The notes beneath the pieces were generated by a model, which had not been told where the DNA came from, did no database searches, and worked only from the letters and a program-made list of their open reading frames with translations. Both the position numbers and the translations under genes were made by a program. Positions 28,414 to 38,900 of a stretch of DNA of 50,380 nt are shown one piece after another. Location of the stretch: NCBI GenBank assembly GCA_045863395.1, contig BTVJ01000051.1, positions 1-50,380 on the forward strand, in the 5' to 3' direction. Every line of letters starts with the position of its first letter. The first letter of the stretch is position 1. The DNA is from Myxococcales bacterium. GTDB lineage: Bacteria > Myxococcota_A > UBA9042 > JABWCM01 > BTVJ01.

Positions 28414-29649
28414 ATGGGAACGACCAGCGAGCAGCTCACCACCCCGTCGTCCGGTGTCACGCAACCATCCAGCGCTCCAGCGTCCGAGGCTGGCCGCAGC
28501 CCGCTGCGCCCGGATCTGCGCGGCATGGGGTATGCCGGGGGCCTCGCGGCGGTGCGGCCGGGGCAGGGGCCGTCCGAGCCCGACGCCGGCGCTGACGACA
28601 GCGTCGCCAGCCGCCTCCCACAGGGGGTGGACCTCCAGGCGCTCCGCCTCGGCTTCACGCTGCCGCAGGGCAAGGTCCTGCAGGGCAGCTGGCAGAGCGA
28701 GGTCCGCACCAGCACGGACAGCCGCGTCACGCTGGAGGTGACGCCGACGCAGCTTCGGGTCTGGTGCTCGCCCGGCATCCACATCGACGCCCTGTGGCCC
28801 GTCCAGAACATGACCCTCGGGGGCGCGACCTACGACTTCCGGACCGCGTCGACCAGCGTCGACGTGTGGCTCCGGCGCGGGCTGGGCGAGGGGTTCATCG
28901 ACGCGACCGACACGGCACGGCGCAGCGTCACCGACCTGATCGCCGGAGGGCTCCGCGGGACCGCCGCCGGGCGGCCCGGCTACAACCCGCTCACGGACAC
29001 CGACATCATGGCGACCCTCAACGCCATCGCCAGCAACTTCACGAGCCTGCCGTCCGCCGGCGGAGGTGGTGTGACCACCAACGACATGCTGCGGGCCTCG
29101 GCGGGCGCGACGCTGGCGCTGCGGGACGGGTTCCGCCAGGAGCAGGGCGGCGCGGGCGTAGAGGCAGCGCAGGGAGCGATCTTCAACGTCTCCGTGGCGG
29201 GTGACGGGAGCCTGGGGGCCATCGCGCGGGGTGGTGACGCGGCCGCGAGCGCCCGGGCCGCGCAGATCCGCTCCGTCTCGATCAGCAGCGACTCGCTGAA
29301 CGTCACGAAGGGCGGGCAGGCCGTCATCAAGCTCAAGCGCGTGCGCGTGGACCGAGGCGGTCAGGTGTCGGTAGAGGACCTCGAGCTGCTCGGGAGCGCG
29401 CGCCGCGCGTCGGACATCGAGTCCGCGCTGCGGCTCCTGGGTGGCATGCTGTACTACGGCGCCCAGGGCGCCCCGGACCAGCTCGCGGTGAACCTCGCCG
29501 CGCGCCACGCCCAGGCAGAGATCGTCCCGGGCCTGACGCGCAGCATGGTTGAGGAGGGCCTGACCGCGGCCGTCCACAAGCTCCTCACCGAGAACGCCAA
29601 CGCCGTCCCGGGTCTCAACCTGGCCGAGATCTTCGACGTCCGGCGCTGA
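28414..29649 (+). CDS. hypothetical protein
   Basis: ATG at 28414 has GGAG 7 nt upstream. The product is Ser/Thr/Gly/Ala-rich with no signal peptide. The upstream part of the listed ORF 28336.. is likely non-coding. Confidence 0.45.
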   Translation: MGTTSEQLTTPSSGVTQPSSAPASEAGRSPLRPDLRGMGYAGGLAAVRPGQGPSEPDAGADDSVASRLPQGVDLQALRLGFTLPQGKVLQGSWQSEVRTSTDSRVTLEVTPTQLRVWCSPGIHIDALWPVQNMTLGGATYDFRTASTSVDVWLRRGLGEGFIDATDTARRSVTDLIAGGLRGTAAGRPGYNPLTDTDIMATLNAIASNFTSLPSAGGGGVTTNDMLRASAGATLALRDGFRQEQGGAGVEAAQGAIFNVSVAGDGSLGAIARGGDAAASARAAQIRSVSISSDSLNVTKGGQAVIKLKRVRVDRGGQVSVEDLELLGSARRASDIESALRLLGGMLYYGAQGAPDQLAVNLAARHAQAEIVPGLTRSMVEEGLTAAVHKLLTENANAVPGLNLAEIFDVRR

Positions 29650-29708
29650 CGCCCGACGTCAGGCGCTGCCCCCCCAGCTTCGACGTCAGACGCTCCCCCC
29701 GCGGACGC

Positions 29709-31652
29709 CTACTTCTTCAGGATGTACTTGTCGATGGCGGCCTGGAAGCCCTCGGTGGAGTATCCACCCGCGGGGCTGAACTTGCGGCCGTTGATGAAGA
29801 CGCTCGGGGTGCCCTGGACGCCGATGCGGCTACCCTCCGCCATGTCTTTCTGGACCTTGTCCTTGTACTTCTCGGCGCCGACCGCCGCCTTGAACTTCGC
29901 CATGTCGAGGCCCACCTGCTGGGCGTAGAGCTCCAGGTCGGCGGCCGACAGGCTCTTCTGGTTCTCGAACAGCAGGTCGTGATACTCCCAGAACTTGCCC
30001 TGCTCGTTGGCCGCCATGGACGCGATGGCAGCCGGCATCGCGTTCTTGTGGAAGCTCAGCGGGAAGTGCTTGAACACGATGGCGATGTCGTCGCCGTAGA
30101 TCTCCTTCAGCGGCTTGAGGGCAGGCCCGACCCGGGAGCAGAAGGGGCACTCGAACTCGCTGAACTCGGTGATCACGATGCGCGCCGGGGTCTTGCCGAT
30201 GGTCGGCGAGTCCTTGGTGTCGATCCACTGGACCTTGTCGTCGAGTGGCGTGAACAGCTTGCCCTTGGCGATGAGGGTCTCGTAGAGCTTGTCGGGCGCC
30301 GTCCCCTTGTCCACGAGCTTCTGCACGACCTCAAGCTCGGCGTCGATGGCCGCCTTGAAGTCCTCGAAGGCCTTGCCGCCGTCCATGAGCTTGCCGTTGA
30401 TGAAGAAGGTCGGCGTGCCCGACGCTTTGACCTCGCCCGCCTGAGAGGCGTCCGCCAGCACCACCGCCTTGTAGGTGCCGTTGTCCAGCGCCGCCTTGAA
30501 CTTCTCGATGTCGAGGCCGATCTCCTGGGCGTAGCGCTCCAGATCGGCACGGTCGAGCGCCTGCTGGTTCTCGAACAGCTTGTCGCCGTACTCCCAGAAC
30601 TTGCCCTCCGCGTGGGCCGCCATGGAGGCCTCGGCCGCGAGCTGCGCCTTGTCGTGGAACGACAGCGGCAGGTGCTTGAAGATCACGCGGACCTTGCCCG
30701 CATACTCCTCCTTCACCTGCTTCAGCGTGGGCACCACCTTGCCGCAGAAGGGGCACTGGAAATCGGACCACTCGACGATGGTCACCAGCGCGTCGTTCGG
30801 GCCCATCTGGGGCTCGTCGCCGCGCAGCGAGACCTTCCAGACCTCCGCGTCGCCCTTGGCCGTGGCGGGACGGGGCGCCGTCGTCGGCATGTTCCGCACG
30901 AGCAGGTCGAGGGCCTTCTGGTTGTTCTTCGCCATCAGGGCGTAGGCGACCTTCTCCTTGGGAGTGCCCGCCGCAATGGCCTGGTCCGCCTTGGCGATCT
31001 CCGCGTCGATGATCGTCTTGAACTCCTCGAAGGGCTTGGCGCCGGAGAGGTTGATGCCGTTGACGAAGAAGCCCGGTGTACCGGTCGCCCCGAGCGCCAC
31101 GGCCGCCCCCTGGTCCGCGTCGACCTTCTTCGCGATGGCCGGATCCTTCAGATCTGCCTTGAACTTCTCGGCATCCAGGCCCAGCTCCTCGGCGAACTTG
31201 AGGAGGCTCGCGTCGTCCAGCGACTGCTGATTCGCGAACAGGGTGTCGTGGTACTCCCAGAACTTGCCCTGACGCCGCGCCGCCATGGAGGCGATGGCGG
31301 CGGCCCGCGCCTTGTCGTGGAAGGACAGCGGGTTGTGGACGAACACGAGCTGCACCTGGTCCCCGTAGGTGTCCGTGATCTGCTTCATGGTCGGCACGAC
31401 CTTGCTGCAGAACGGGCACTGGAACTCGCTGACCTCGTGGATGATCACCTTCGGGGCGTCGCCGCCCTTCTTGGCGCTCGGCTCGAGCTCCCGCATGGGC
31501 TTGACGTCGATGTCCGCGGCCGCGACCTCGACGCCCGTAGGCCCGCCCGCGCCGCCGCCCTTGTCGTAGTTGACCGCGTATCCGATGAAGAACCCCACGA
31601 TCCCGCCGGTGATCAGCGCGATCAGGATCCGGTCGAAGCCTCCTCTGCTCAT
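29709..31652 (-). CDS. membrane-anchored thiol:disulfide oxidoreductase with three tandem DsbA-like thioredoxin domains
   Basis: Start MSRGGFDRILIALITGGIVGFFIGY is a TM anchor with the RBS GGAGGGA upstream. Three paralogous domains each have a CPFC active site (FQCPFCSKVVPTMKQ…, FQCPFCGKVVPTLKQ…, FECPFCSRVGPALKP…) and DsbA-like helical inserts (GKFWEYHD…). Confidence 0.75.
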   Translation of the reverse strand: MSRGGFDRILIALITGGIVGFFIGYAVNYDKGGGAGGPTGVEVAAADIDVKPMRELEPSAKKGGDAPKVIIHEVSEFQCPFCSKVVPTMKQITDTYGDQVQLVFVHNPLSFHDKARAAAIASMAARRQGKFWEYHDTLFANQQSLDDASLLKFAEELGLDAEKFKADLKDPAIAKKVDADQGAAVALGATGTPGFFVNGINLSGAKPFEEFKTIIDAEIAKADQAIAAGTPKEKVAYALMAKNNQKALDLLVRNMPTTAPRPATAKGDAEVWKVSLRGDEPQMGPNDALVTIVEWSDFQCPFCGKVVPTLKQVKEEYAGKVRVIFKHLPLSFHDKAQLAAEASMAAHAEGKFWEYGDKLFENQQALDRADLERYAQEIGLDIEKFKAALDNGTYKAVVLADASQAGEVKASGTPTFFINGKLMDGGKAFEDFKAAIDAELEVVQKLVDKGTAPDKLYETLIAKGKLFTPLDDKVQWIDTKDSPTIGKTPARIVITEFSEFECPFCSRVGPALKPLKEIYGDDIAIVFKHFPLSFHKNAMPAAIASMAANEQGKFWEYHDLLFENQKSLSAADLELYAQQVGLDMAKFKAAVGAEKYKDKVQKDMAEGSRIGVQGTPSVFINGRKFSPAGGYSTEGFQAAIDKYILKK

Positions 31653-31960
31653 GGCCTGGATGTTCCCTCCGGCGTAGCGCGCACTCCTGCGCTGTGTGAA
31701 GTCGCGAGGCTTGTATCGCAACCGGGAGGGAAAGGCAACGACTGCGCCATTGGTGGGTGCGGCGGGGTGCCGCTCGCAGCACCAGGCGACGGTGACACCC
31801 GCCACGTCGGGCAGTGGCAGCGTCAGGCGCGCCACTTGAACTTCGGAGCATTGATCAGTAGCGTCCCCACTGAAGGATCTGCGTGCACGCTTCGCGGCGC
31901 CCGGGGGTGGGCGAGGTGGCCCTGATCCTGTCACTGACCCGAAACGTCAGGAGGTGGACC

Positions 31961-34960
31961 ATGGTGAGGAGGTGGCTGTGGAGCGCCGCGCTGGCGCTGG
32001 TGGTCGGGCAGGCGCTCCCCGTGGACGCGGCGACCGTGGACCGCACGCTCAACATCCAGGGCATGGTGCTCACCAGCTCCGGGGTCCCCGCGGGCGGCAC
32101 CTTCACCATGACGTTCCGCCTGTTCGCCGCCCAGACCGGGGGGACGAAGCTGTGGGAGCAGGTGAAGACCGGGGTCGTGGTGACGGCGGGGGTCTTCGAC
32201 GTCCAGCTCGGTCCCATGATCACCGGCGTTCTGGAGGCCTACGACGCCGTGTGGGTGGAGACGGAGGTCGAGGGCACCGTCCTCCCCCGCGTCCCCCTGC
32301 GGGCCGTCGCATACTCCCTTGTGGCGCAGCTCGCCAACGACGTGAGCTGCAGCGGGTGCATCGCCAACAGTGACATCGCGGACGCGGGCATCGGCCCCTC
32401 CAAGCTCGCGAGCGGCACCTACGGCATCAACATCTCCGGCAACGCGGCGACGGCCACGTCGGCGACCACGGCGCTCAACGCCACCAACTTCACTGGGGCG
32501 CTGGCTGGAGACGTGACGGGCACCCAGGGCGCCACCCAGGTCGCCAAGGTGCGAGGGGTGACCGTCAGCGCCACTGCGCCGACCAGCGGCCAGGTGCTGC
32601 GCTACAGCGGATCCCAGTGGGAGCCGGCGACGCCGGCGGCGGGCTCCGTGACGTCGGTCAACTCCGGCGCGGGCCTGACGGGCGGCCCCATCACCTCGTC
32701 GGGGACCCTGTCCATCGCGAACAACGGCATCACGCCGGCCATGGTGTCGAGCGGGTCGTACGGGATCAGCATCAGCGGCAACGCCGCGACCGCGACCACC
32801 GCCGCGGGCTTCTCGGGCGCGCTGGCAGGGGACGTCGTGGGCACGCAGGGCGCGACCAGCGTCACGAAGGTCCGGGGCGTGACGGTGTCGGCGACCACAC
32901 CCGCCAGCGGACAGGTGCTCAAGTATGACGGCACGCAGTGGGCTCCCGCGGCGGACAACGCCGGCGCAGGGACGGTGACCAGCGTCGCCACGGGCAAGGG
33001 CCTCCAGGGCGGCACCATCACGTCGTCGGGGACTCTCAGCGTTCGCGTGAGCGGCACGGGCGGTCTGTCTGACTCCCTTGGCGGCGGCTCCAATGAGCTG
33101 GGGATCGCGGCAGGGGGCATCACCCCCGCCATGGTCGGCAGCGGCACGTATGGCATCAACATCTCCGGGAGCGCGGCGAGCGCGGCGAGCGCCACCTCGG
33201 CGACCAACTTCACCGGGTCCCTGGCGGGCGACGTCACGGGGACCCAGGGAGCGACGACCGTCGGCAAGCTCCAGGGGCGGGTGGTCAGCGCGACGGCGCC
33301 GTCGTCGGGGCAGGTGCTCAAGTACAACGCGACCACGTCACAGTGGGAGCCGGGCGCGGACGCGACGGGCTCGGGAGTCACCAGCGTGACGGCGAGCGCG
33401 CCGCTGGCCTCGTCCGGGGGTACGGCGCCCAACATCACGCTCGGCACGGTGCCGACGACGAAGGGAGGGACCGGGCTCACGGCCGGTCCCACGGCAGCCG
33501 GTCAGTTCCTTCGCGCCACGGGCAACGACACGTGGGGCATCGCGGGGCTCCAGGCGGGCGACGTGCCGTCCGGCAGCGGCTCCTACATCTGGAACACCAC
33601 GAGCGCCCAGTCGGCGAACTTCAACGTGACGGGCAGCGGCACCGTCGGCGGGATCCTCGTCGCCAATGGCAGTATGCGGTCGCCCATCTTCTACGACCTG
33701 AACAACACCTCGTACTACCTCGACCCGGCGAGCGGGTCTCAGGTGAGCACCATCTATGCCAACGCGTGGTTCCGGGCGCAGGGGCAGTCCGGCTTCTACT
33801 TCGAGGACTACGGCGGCGGAATCTACATGACCGACTCCACCTGGGTGCGGGTCTACAACGGCAAGGCGCTGCTCGCGAGCAACGAGATCCGCAGCGAGAG
33901 CAATGTGAGGGCGCCGATCTTCTACGATCTCAACGACGGCGGCTATTACGTAGACCCGAACGGCACGAGCCGCCTGAACGCCGTCTACCCGAACACCATC
34001 ACGTGCATGAATGGCTACTGCCCCGCAAACTACGTGGCGCGGCTGACGCCCAACCTGCACCTGAACGCGCTGGCCGGATACTCGGTCATCCTCAACTGGG
34101 ACAATGGCACCACGGGCAGCGCGCAGACCCTGCGCATCGGCAACGGCGCTGGCAGCGACGTGTTCTACGTGCGGGCCGACGGCCTCGTCTACGCTCCCCA
34201 ATACCGGGATCTCAACGACGGGAGCTACTACCTGGACCCGGCGAGCGTGTCGATCCTCAACGACGTCCGGGCGACCATCTTCTACGACCTCAACGACACG
34301 GGCTACTACGTCAACCCGAACAGTGTCACGCAGCTCCACTACGTGCTGGCCAACAATTGGTTCCGCGCCCAGGGCACGACGGGCTTCTACTTCGAGTCCT
34401 ACGGCGGCGGCTGGCACATGACGGACGGGACGTGGATCCGCGCATACAACAGCAAGCCCGTGTACGTGGCCGCGGAGATCCAGAGCGGCACGCTGCTGCG
34501 CGGCCCCATCATGTACGACCTCAACGACGGGGGCTTCTACATGGACCCGAACGGCACGAGCCGCCTGCAGCACACCCGGCAGGACGGTCGGGTCTGGCAT
34601 GACGGCGGCTGCCCCGCGCCCTTCGACCATGCTGGGGGCTATCACTCCTATGCTGGCTACACCAACAAGATCTGCATGTGGCGGAGCGGCTGGAACACCT
34701 TCCCCGAGATGCAGAACGTGTGCTTCGCCATGGGCGGGCATGTCTGCTCCTACTCGGACATCTACGCCATGGCGCGCGTCTACGGGACGTCTCCGGCTGG
34801 CATCGGCATCACCAATGGGTGGTGGGTCGGCAACTTCTATGCGGACGACGCGGTGTTCTGCGTCAACAACCAGAATGACCGCAACAACTTCGAGGGTGGC
34901 TGCAACAAGAACGACGGCCGCTACGCCGCCTGCTGCTACACTTCGACGCACAACGAGTGA
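31961..34960 (+). CDS. secreted tail-fibre-like repeat protein (adhesin-like)
   Basis: RBS AGGAGG at 7 nt. Signal peptide (MVRRWLWSAALALVVGQALPVDA). Three ~97-aa repeats (…SGTYGINISGNAATATSAT…GDVTGTQGATQVAKVRGVTVSATAPTSGQVLRYSGSQWEP…) are followed by about 5 repeats of a second type (PIFYDLNDGGYYVDPNGTSRL…). A C-terminal Cys-containing domain follows. Confidence 0.6.
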   Translation: MVRRWLWSAALALVVGQALPVDAATVDRTLNIQGMVLTSSGVPAGGTFTMTFRLFAAQTGGTKLWEQVKTGVVVTAGVFDVQLGPMITGVLEAYDAVWVETEVEGTVLPRVPLRAVAYSLVAQLANDVSCSGCIANSDIADAGIGPSKLASGTYGINISGNAATATSATTALNATNFTGALAGDVTGTQGATQVAKVRGVTVSATAPTSGQVLRYSGSQWEPATPAAGSVTSVNSGAGLTGGPITSSGTLSIANNGITPAMVSSGSYGISISGNAATATTAAGFSGALAGDVVGTQGATSVTKVRGVTVSATTPASGQVLKYDGTQWAPAADNAGAGTVTSVATGKGLQGGTITSSGTLSVRVSGTGGLSDSLGGGSNELGIAAGGITPAMVGSGTYGINISGSAASAASATSATNFTGSLAGDVTGTQGATTVGKLQGRVVSATAPSSGQVLKYNATTSQWEPGADATGSGVTSVTASAPLASSGGTAPNITLGTVPTTKGGTGLTAGPTAAGQFLRATGNDTWGIAGLQAGDVPSGSGSYIWNTTSAQSANFNVTGSGTVGGILVANGSMRSPIFYDLNNTSYYLDPASGSQVSTIYANAWFRAQGQSGFYFEDYGGGIYMTDSTWVRVYNGKALLASNEIRSESNVRAPIFYDLNDGGYYVDPNGTSRLNAVYPNTITCMNGYCPANYVARLTPNLHLNALAGYSVILNWDNGTTGSAQTLRIGNGAGSDVFYVRADGLVYAPQYRDLNDGSYYLDPASVSILNDVRATIFYDLNDTGYYVNPNSVTQLHYVLANNWFRAQGTTGFYFESYGGGWHMTDGTWIRAYNSKPVYVAAEIQSGTLLRGPIMYDLNDGGFYMDPNGTSRLQHTRQDGRVWHDGGCPAPFDHAGGYHSYAGYTNKICMWRSGWNTFPEMQNVCFAMGGHVCSYSDIYAMARVYGTSPAGIGITNGWWVGNFYADDAVFCVNNQNDRNNFEGGCNKNDGRYAACCYTSTHNE

Positions 34961-34971
34961 CGCCTGTCCCC

Positions 34972-35964
34972 ATGTCATCGCCATCGGCCCCATCCATGAA
35001 GCACTGGGCGCTACTGCTCGCGGTGGCGGCCGTCGTCGGGGGGCTCGCCGGGTGGCTCGGGAGCCGCGCCGGGCGCACTGAGAGCCCACCGCCGATTCCC
35101 GCTGCGCCGCAGCAGGAGGAACCCGTCTCCGCCCGTCCGACGCCCGCGGTCCAGCCGGCTGTGTCGCGCCAACTCGGCTTGCCTCCTCCCATCGCGCTGC
35201 CTCCTCGTGAGACCCCGCGGCCCAAGGCTGGGGGCCCGGCGCCGCTGCCTGCGGTGCTGCCCAGCGTGACGAGCCAGATCGCAGACTCCACGGCGGACCA
35301 GCGCCTGGCCACCGCCGAGAGCCTCCTGGCCCGGGGCACCCCTGCGGACAAGTGGGACGCAGTCAACGTGCTGGCTGGAACCAAGGACCCTCGGGCCTAC
35401 GACCTCGCGCGCCGCCTCGTGCGGGACAAGGACCTGGACGTCGCCACGGGAGCCGCGCACGTGCTGGCCATGGGACCCGGTCTCGCGGGGGAGGACGTGC
35501 AGGCGCTCAAGGACATGATGGGGGACGCCAGCATCATCGGCGGCGAGCGCGCCGGCTACAACGCGGCGATCATGAGCGCGATGCGCATGGGCAAGGCGCC
35601 GGGGGACCTGATCGCCCACGCCATGAAGGCGCTGGAGTCCGACGCCTCGGAGGTCAGGGGCAGCGTGGTCGCCAACGTCGTGACCTTGCCCTCCGACGCC
35701 GCGGTGCCCGTGCTGGTCAAGGCGCTCTCCGACGCGAACGGCGACGTGGCCAACGGCGCCTGGCTCGCGCTCGTGCACGGCCACGGCGGAGACCCGGAGC
35801 TGGGCAAGGACCCGGCCGCCTGGGCCGCCTGGTGGGAGAAGAACAAAGACAAGCCCACCGCAGACACGAGCGGAGCGGCGCCACCACCACCGGAGGACTT
35901 CGCCCGGCCCGAGGCGCCTCCGCCGGTTCACGTGCCCGCCGATCCCTCCCCCGACGAGGACTGA
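34972..35964 (+). CDS. HEAT/PBS-lyase-type repeat protein with N-terminal membrane anchor and Pro-rich linker
   Basis: A TM helix (MKHWALLLAVAAVVGGLAGWL) is followed by a Pro-rich linker and HEAT-like repeats (DKWDAVNVLAGTKDPRAYDLARRLVRDKDLDVATGAAHVLA…VKALSDANGDVANGAWLALV). The start was chosen at ATG 34972 and an alternative exists at 34996. Confidence 0.5.
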   Translation: MSSPSAPSMKHWALLLAVAAVVGGLAGWLGSRAGRTESPPPIPAAPQQEEPVSARPTPAVQPAVSRQLGLPPPIALPPRETPRPKAGGPAPLPAVLPSVTSQIADSTADQRLATAESLLARGTPADKWDAVNVLAGTKDPRAYDLARRLVRDKDLDVATGAAHVLAMGPGLAGEDVQALKDMMGDASIIGGERAGYNAAIMSAMRMGKAPGDLIAHAMKALESDASEVRGSVVANVVTLPSDAAVPVLVKALSDANGDVANGAWLALVHGHGGDPELGKDPAAWAAWWEKNKDKPTADTSGAAPPPPEDFARPEAPPPVHVPADPSPDED

Positions 35965-35966
35965 CC

Positions 35967-38900
35967 ATGACTTCGACCACTGACGTACTCCCGCACGGAT
36001 ACTCCATCCGGAAGCGTGTGGGGACTACCATCTCCACGCTCCAAATCAGCCCCGCGGCGCTGCGACTGCTCCTGCTGGCCCTGGTGCTCTCCGCTGGTGC
36101 CTGCGTGGACGTGGGTACACCTGGGCCGCTCGGCGGGGTCGATGGGGGCACCACCGATGGAGACTCCGGGGGTGAATCGCCCGACGTGGCCGACACCGGA
36201 ACGACTCACGAGGACGGCGCCGCGGAGGGCGACGGGGCCTCGCCGGACGGGCTTGGTGCCGATTCGGGGGGAGACACTGCGGTGGATGTCACTGAGGGGG
36301 ACTCGATCGACGCGGTCACGGACACGACGGACGGCGGAGGGGATTCGGCAGACGCCGATGGCCAGGACACGCTCGCGGACGCTGGCGGAGACTCGGGGGG
36401 AGACACGGGCGGCGATGTCAGCGAAGATTCGGGAACGGACTCCGGTGATACGGGTGGAGACTCCGGAGAGGACACCGGCGGAGACGCCTCCGCGGACGTC
36501 GGTGCAGACACGGGCGGAGACACGGGCGGAGACACGGGCGGAGACACCGGCGAGGACGTCGCCACAGGCTGCCAGGGCACCTCGGACTGCGACGACGGCG
36601 ACGCCTGCACCGCGGACGACTGCCTCCCTGACGGCACCTGCGCCCACGAGGCGAAGCTCTGTGACGACGGCAACGCCTGCACCGTGAGCGTCTGCAACCC
36701 GATGAGCGGCAACTGCTCCAGCGCGCCCGTGAGCTGCGAAGACGGCGACCCCTGCACCCTGGACGTGTGCTTCGCCGGCATCGGCTGTACCGCGGTGCCC
36801 GCCCCCTGCGACGACGGCGACGCCTGCACAGAGGACGTCTGCACCGCGGGCGCCGGCTGCACGAGCGCCCCCCTCGACTGCGACGACGGCGACGCCTGCA
36901 CCGTGGACTCCTGCGCGCCGGTTGGCGGGTGCGCCAACGTGGCGAAGCCCTGCGGAGGAACGCTCTGCAACCCGAGCACCTGTGATCCCGCCGTCGGCGA
37001 GTGCACGTCTGCGCCCCTCGACTGTGACGACGGCCTCGCGTGCACCGCGGACTCCTGCGACCCCGTGGCCGGCTGCATCAACGCCCCCCTGCCCTGCGCG
37101 AGCAACGATCCGTGCGTGACGGGCGCATGTGAGGAGCCGGCAGGGTGCGTCTTCGTGGAGGCGAGCTGCGGTGACGGGGGCGCGTGCGTGGCCATGGCGT
37201 GCGATCCGGCCAAGGGCTGCGTGTCCGCGCCGCTGGACTGCGGCGACGGCGACCCCTGCACCTGGGACGCATGCACCCCGGGCGTGGGGTGCGACTATGT
37301 GCCGAACCCCGACTGCAAGGGGTGCGTGAGCGCCGCGGAGTGCAGCGACGGCGACCCCTGCACCACCGACGCGTGCAATGACGGCCAGTGCGGCCACTCG
37401 TCCCTCGTCTGCGACGATGGTGACGCCTGCACGGCGGACGCGTGCAAGCCTGGCGTCGGGTGTACGGCGGTCGCGATCCCCTGCGACGACGGCGACGCCT
37501 GCACTGCGGACTCCTGCGACCCGGCGACGGGGATCTGCCAGCACACCGAGTCACCCTGCGACGACGGGGACGCCTGCACGGAGGACGGCTGCAACGCGCT
37601 GACGGGCACGTGCAGCCACGGGGCCGTCGCGTGCTTCGACGGCAGCCCCTGCACGACTGACGCCTGCGCAGGCGGGGCGTGCGTGTTCACGCCCGTGCCG
37701 TGCGAGGATGGGAACGTCTGCACCACGGACTCCTGCCACCCGTCCATCGGGTGCATCCACGCGCCGTCCGGGTGCGACGACGGGAACGCCTGCACCGCCG
37801 ACTCCTGCGACCCGCCGACCGGGTGCAAGCACGCGGCGGTGACGTGCAACGATGGGGACGCCTGTACCGTCGACTCCTGCCTGCCCGGCGCCGGATGCGC
37901 CTTCGCGCCCAAGGACTGCGACGACGGCGACGCCTGCACGGAGGACGGGTGCGCGGCGGGGGCCTGCACGCACGCCCCGTCCGCGCAGTGTGACGACGGC
38001 AGCGTCTGCACGCTCGACGTGTGCGACGCCCTCGCCGGGTGTACCTGGTCGCCGATCCCCTGCCCGTCCGTGGGCTGCGCCACGCAGATCTGCGACCCGG
38101 TGGACGGGTGTGTCGCCGCTCCCTCCCTCTGCGACGACGGGGACGCCTGCACCCAGGACGCCTGCGTGGGGTCCACCTGCCAGCACACGGCGACCACGTG
38201 CAACGACGGCGATGTGTGTACCGACGACCTGTGCGACCCCAAGACGGGCGCCTGCGTCCAGGTGCCTGTGTTCTGTGACTCGTCTGACCCGTGCATGACC
38301 GGGAGCTGCCTCGGACCCACGACCGGCTGCGTGGAGGCGCCGAAGCTCTGCCCCGGTGCCGACTTCTGCAACGACGCGGTGTGCATCGGGGGGGCGTGCA
38401 CGCTGGTGCCCACGAGCTGCGACGACGGCGACCCTTGCACCGCCGATGCCTGCGGCGCCACGGGCTGCACCCACGCCCCCATCGCGGGGTGCGGCACGTG
38501 CCAGACGGCCGCGGACTGCACGGTGTTGGGGCCCTGCCTCCAGGCGGTCTGCGCGGCGGCGCCCGTCGGCTGCACCTACACCCAGGTCCCCTGCCCCGAC
38601 GCGGGCCCGTGCGTGGAGTCCATCTGCGACCCGGGCTCGGGCTCCTGCGGGTATCAGGCCGGCGGCTGCGACGACGACGACCCGTGCACCACGGACCTGT
38701 GCGCCCCGGACGGGAGCTGCACGCACGCCCCGAAGAGCTGCTCCGACCTGGACCCGTGCTCCCTCGACTTCTGCGACACGGACGGCTCGTGCAAGCACGT
38801 GGCGGGCGCCAACTGCCACGACTGCACCTCGGCGGCCCAGTGCGACGACCAGGACCCGTGCACCGACAACCTGTGCACGGGGGGGCAGTGCACCTTCGCG

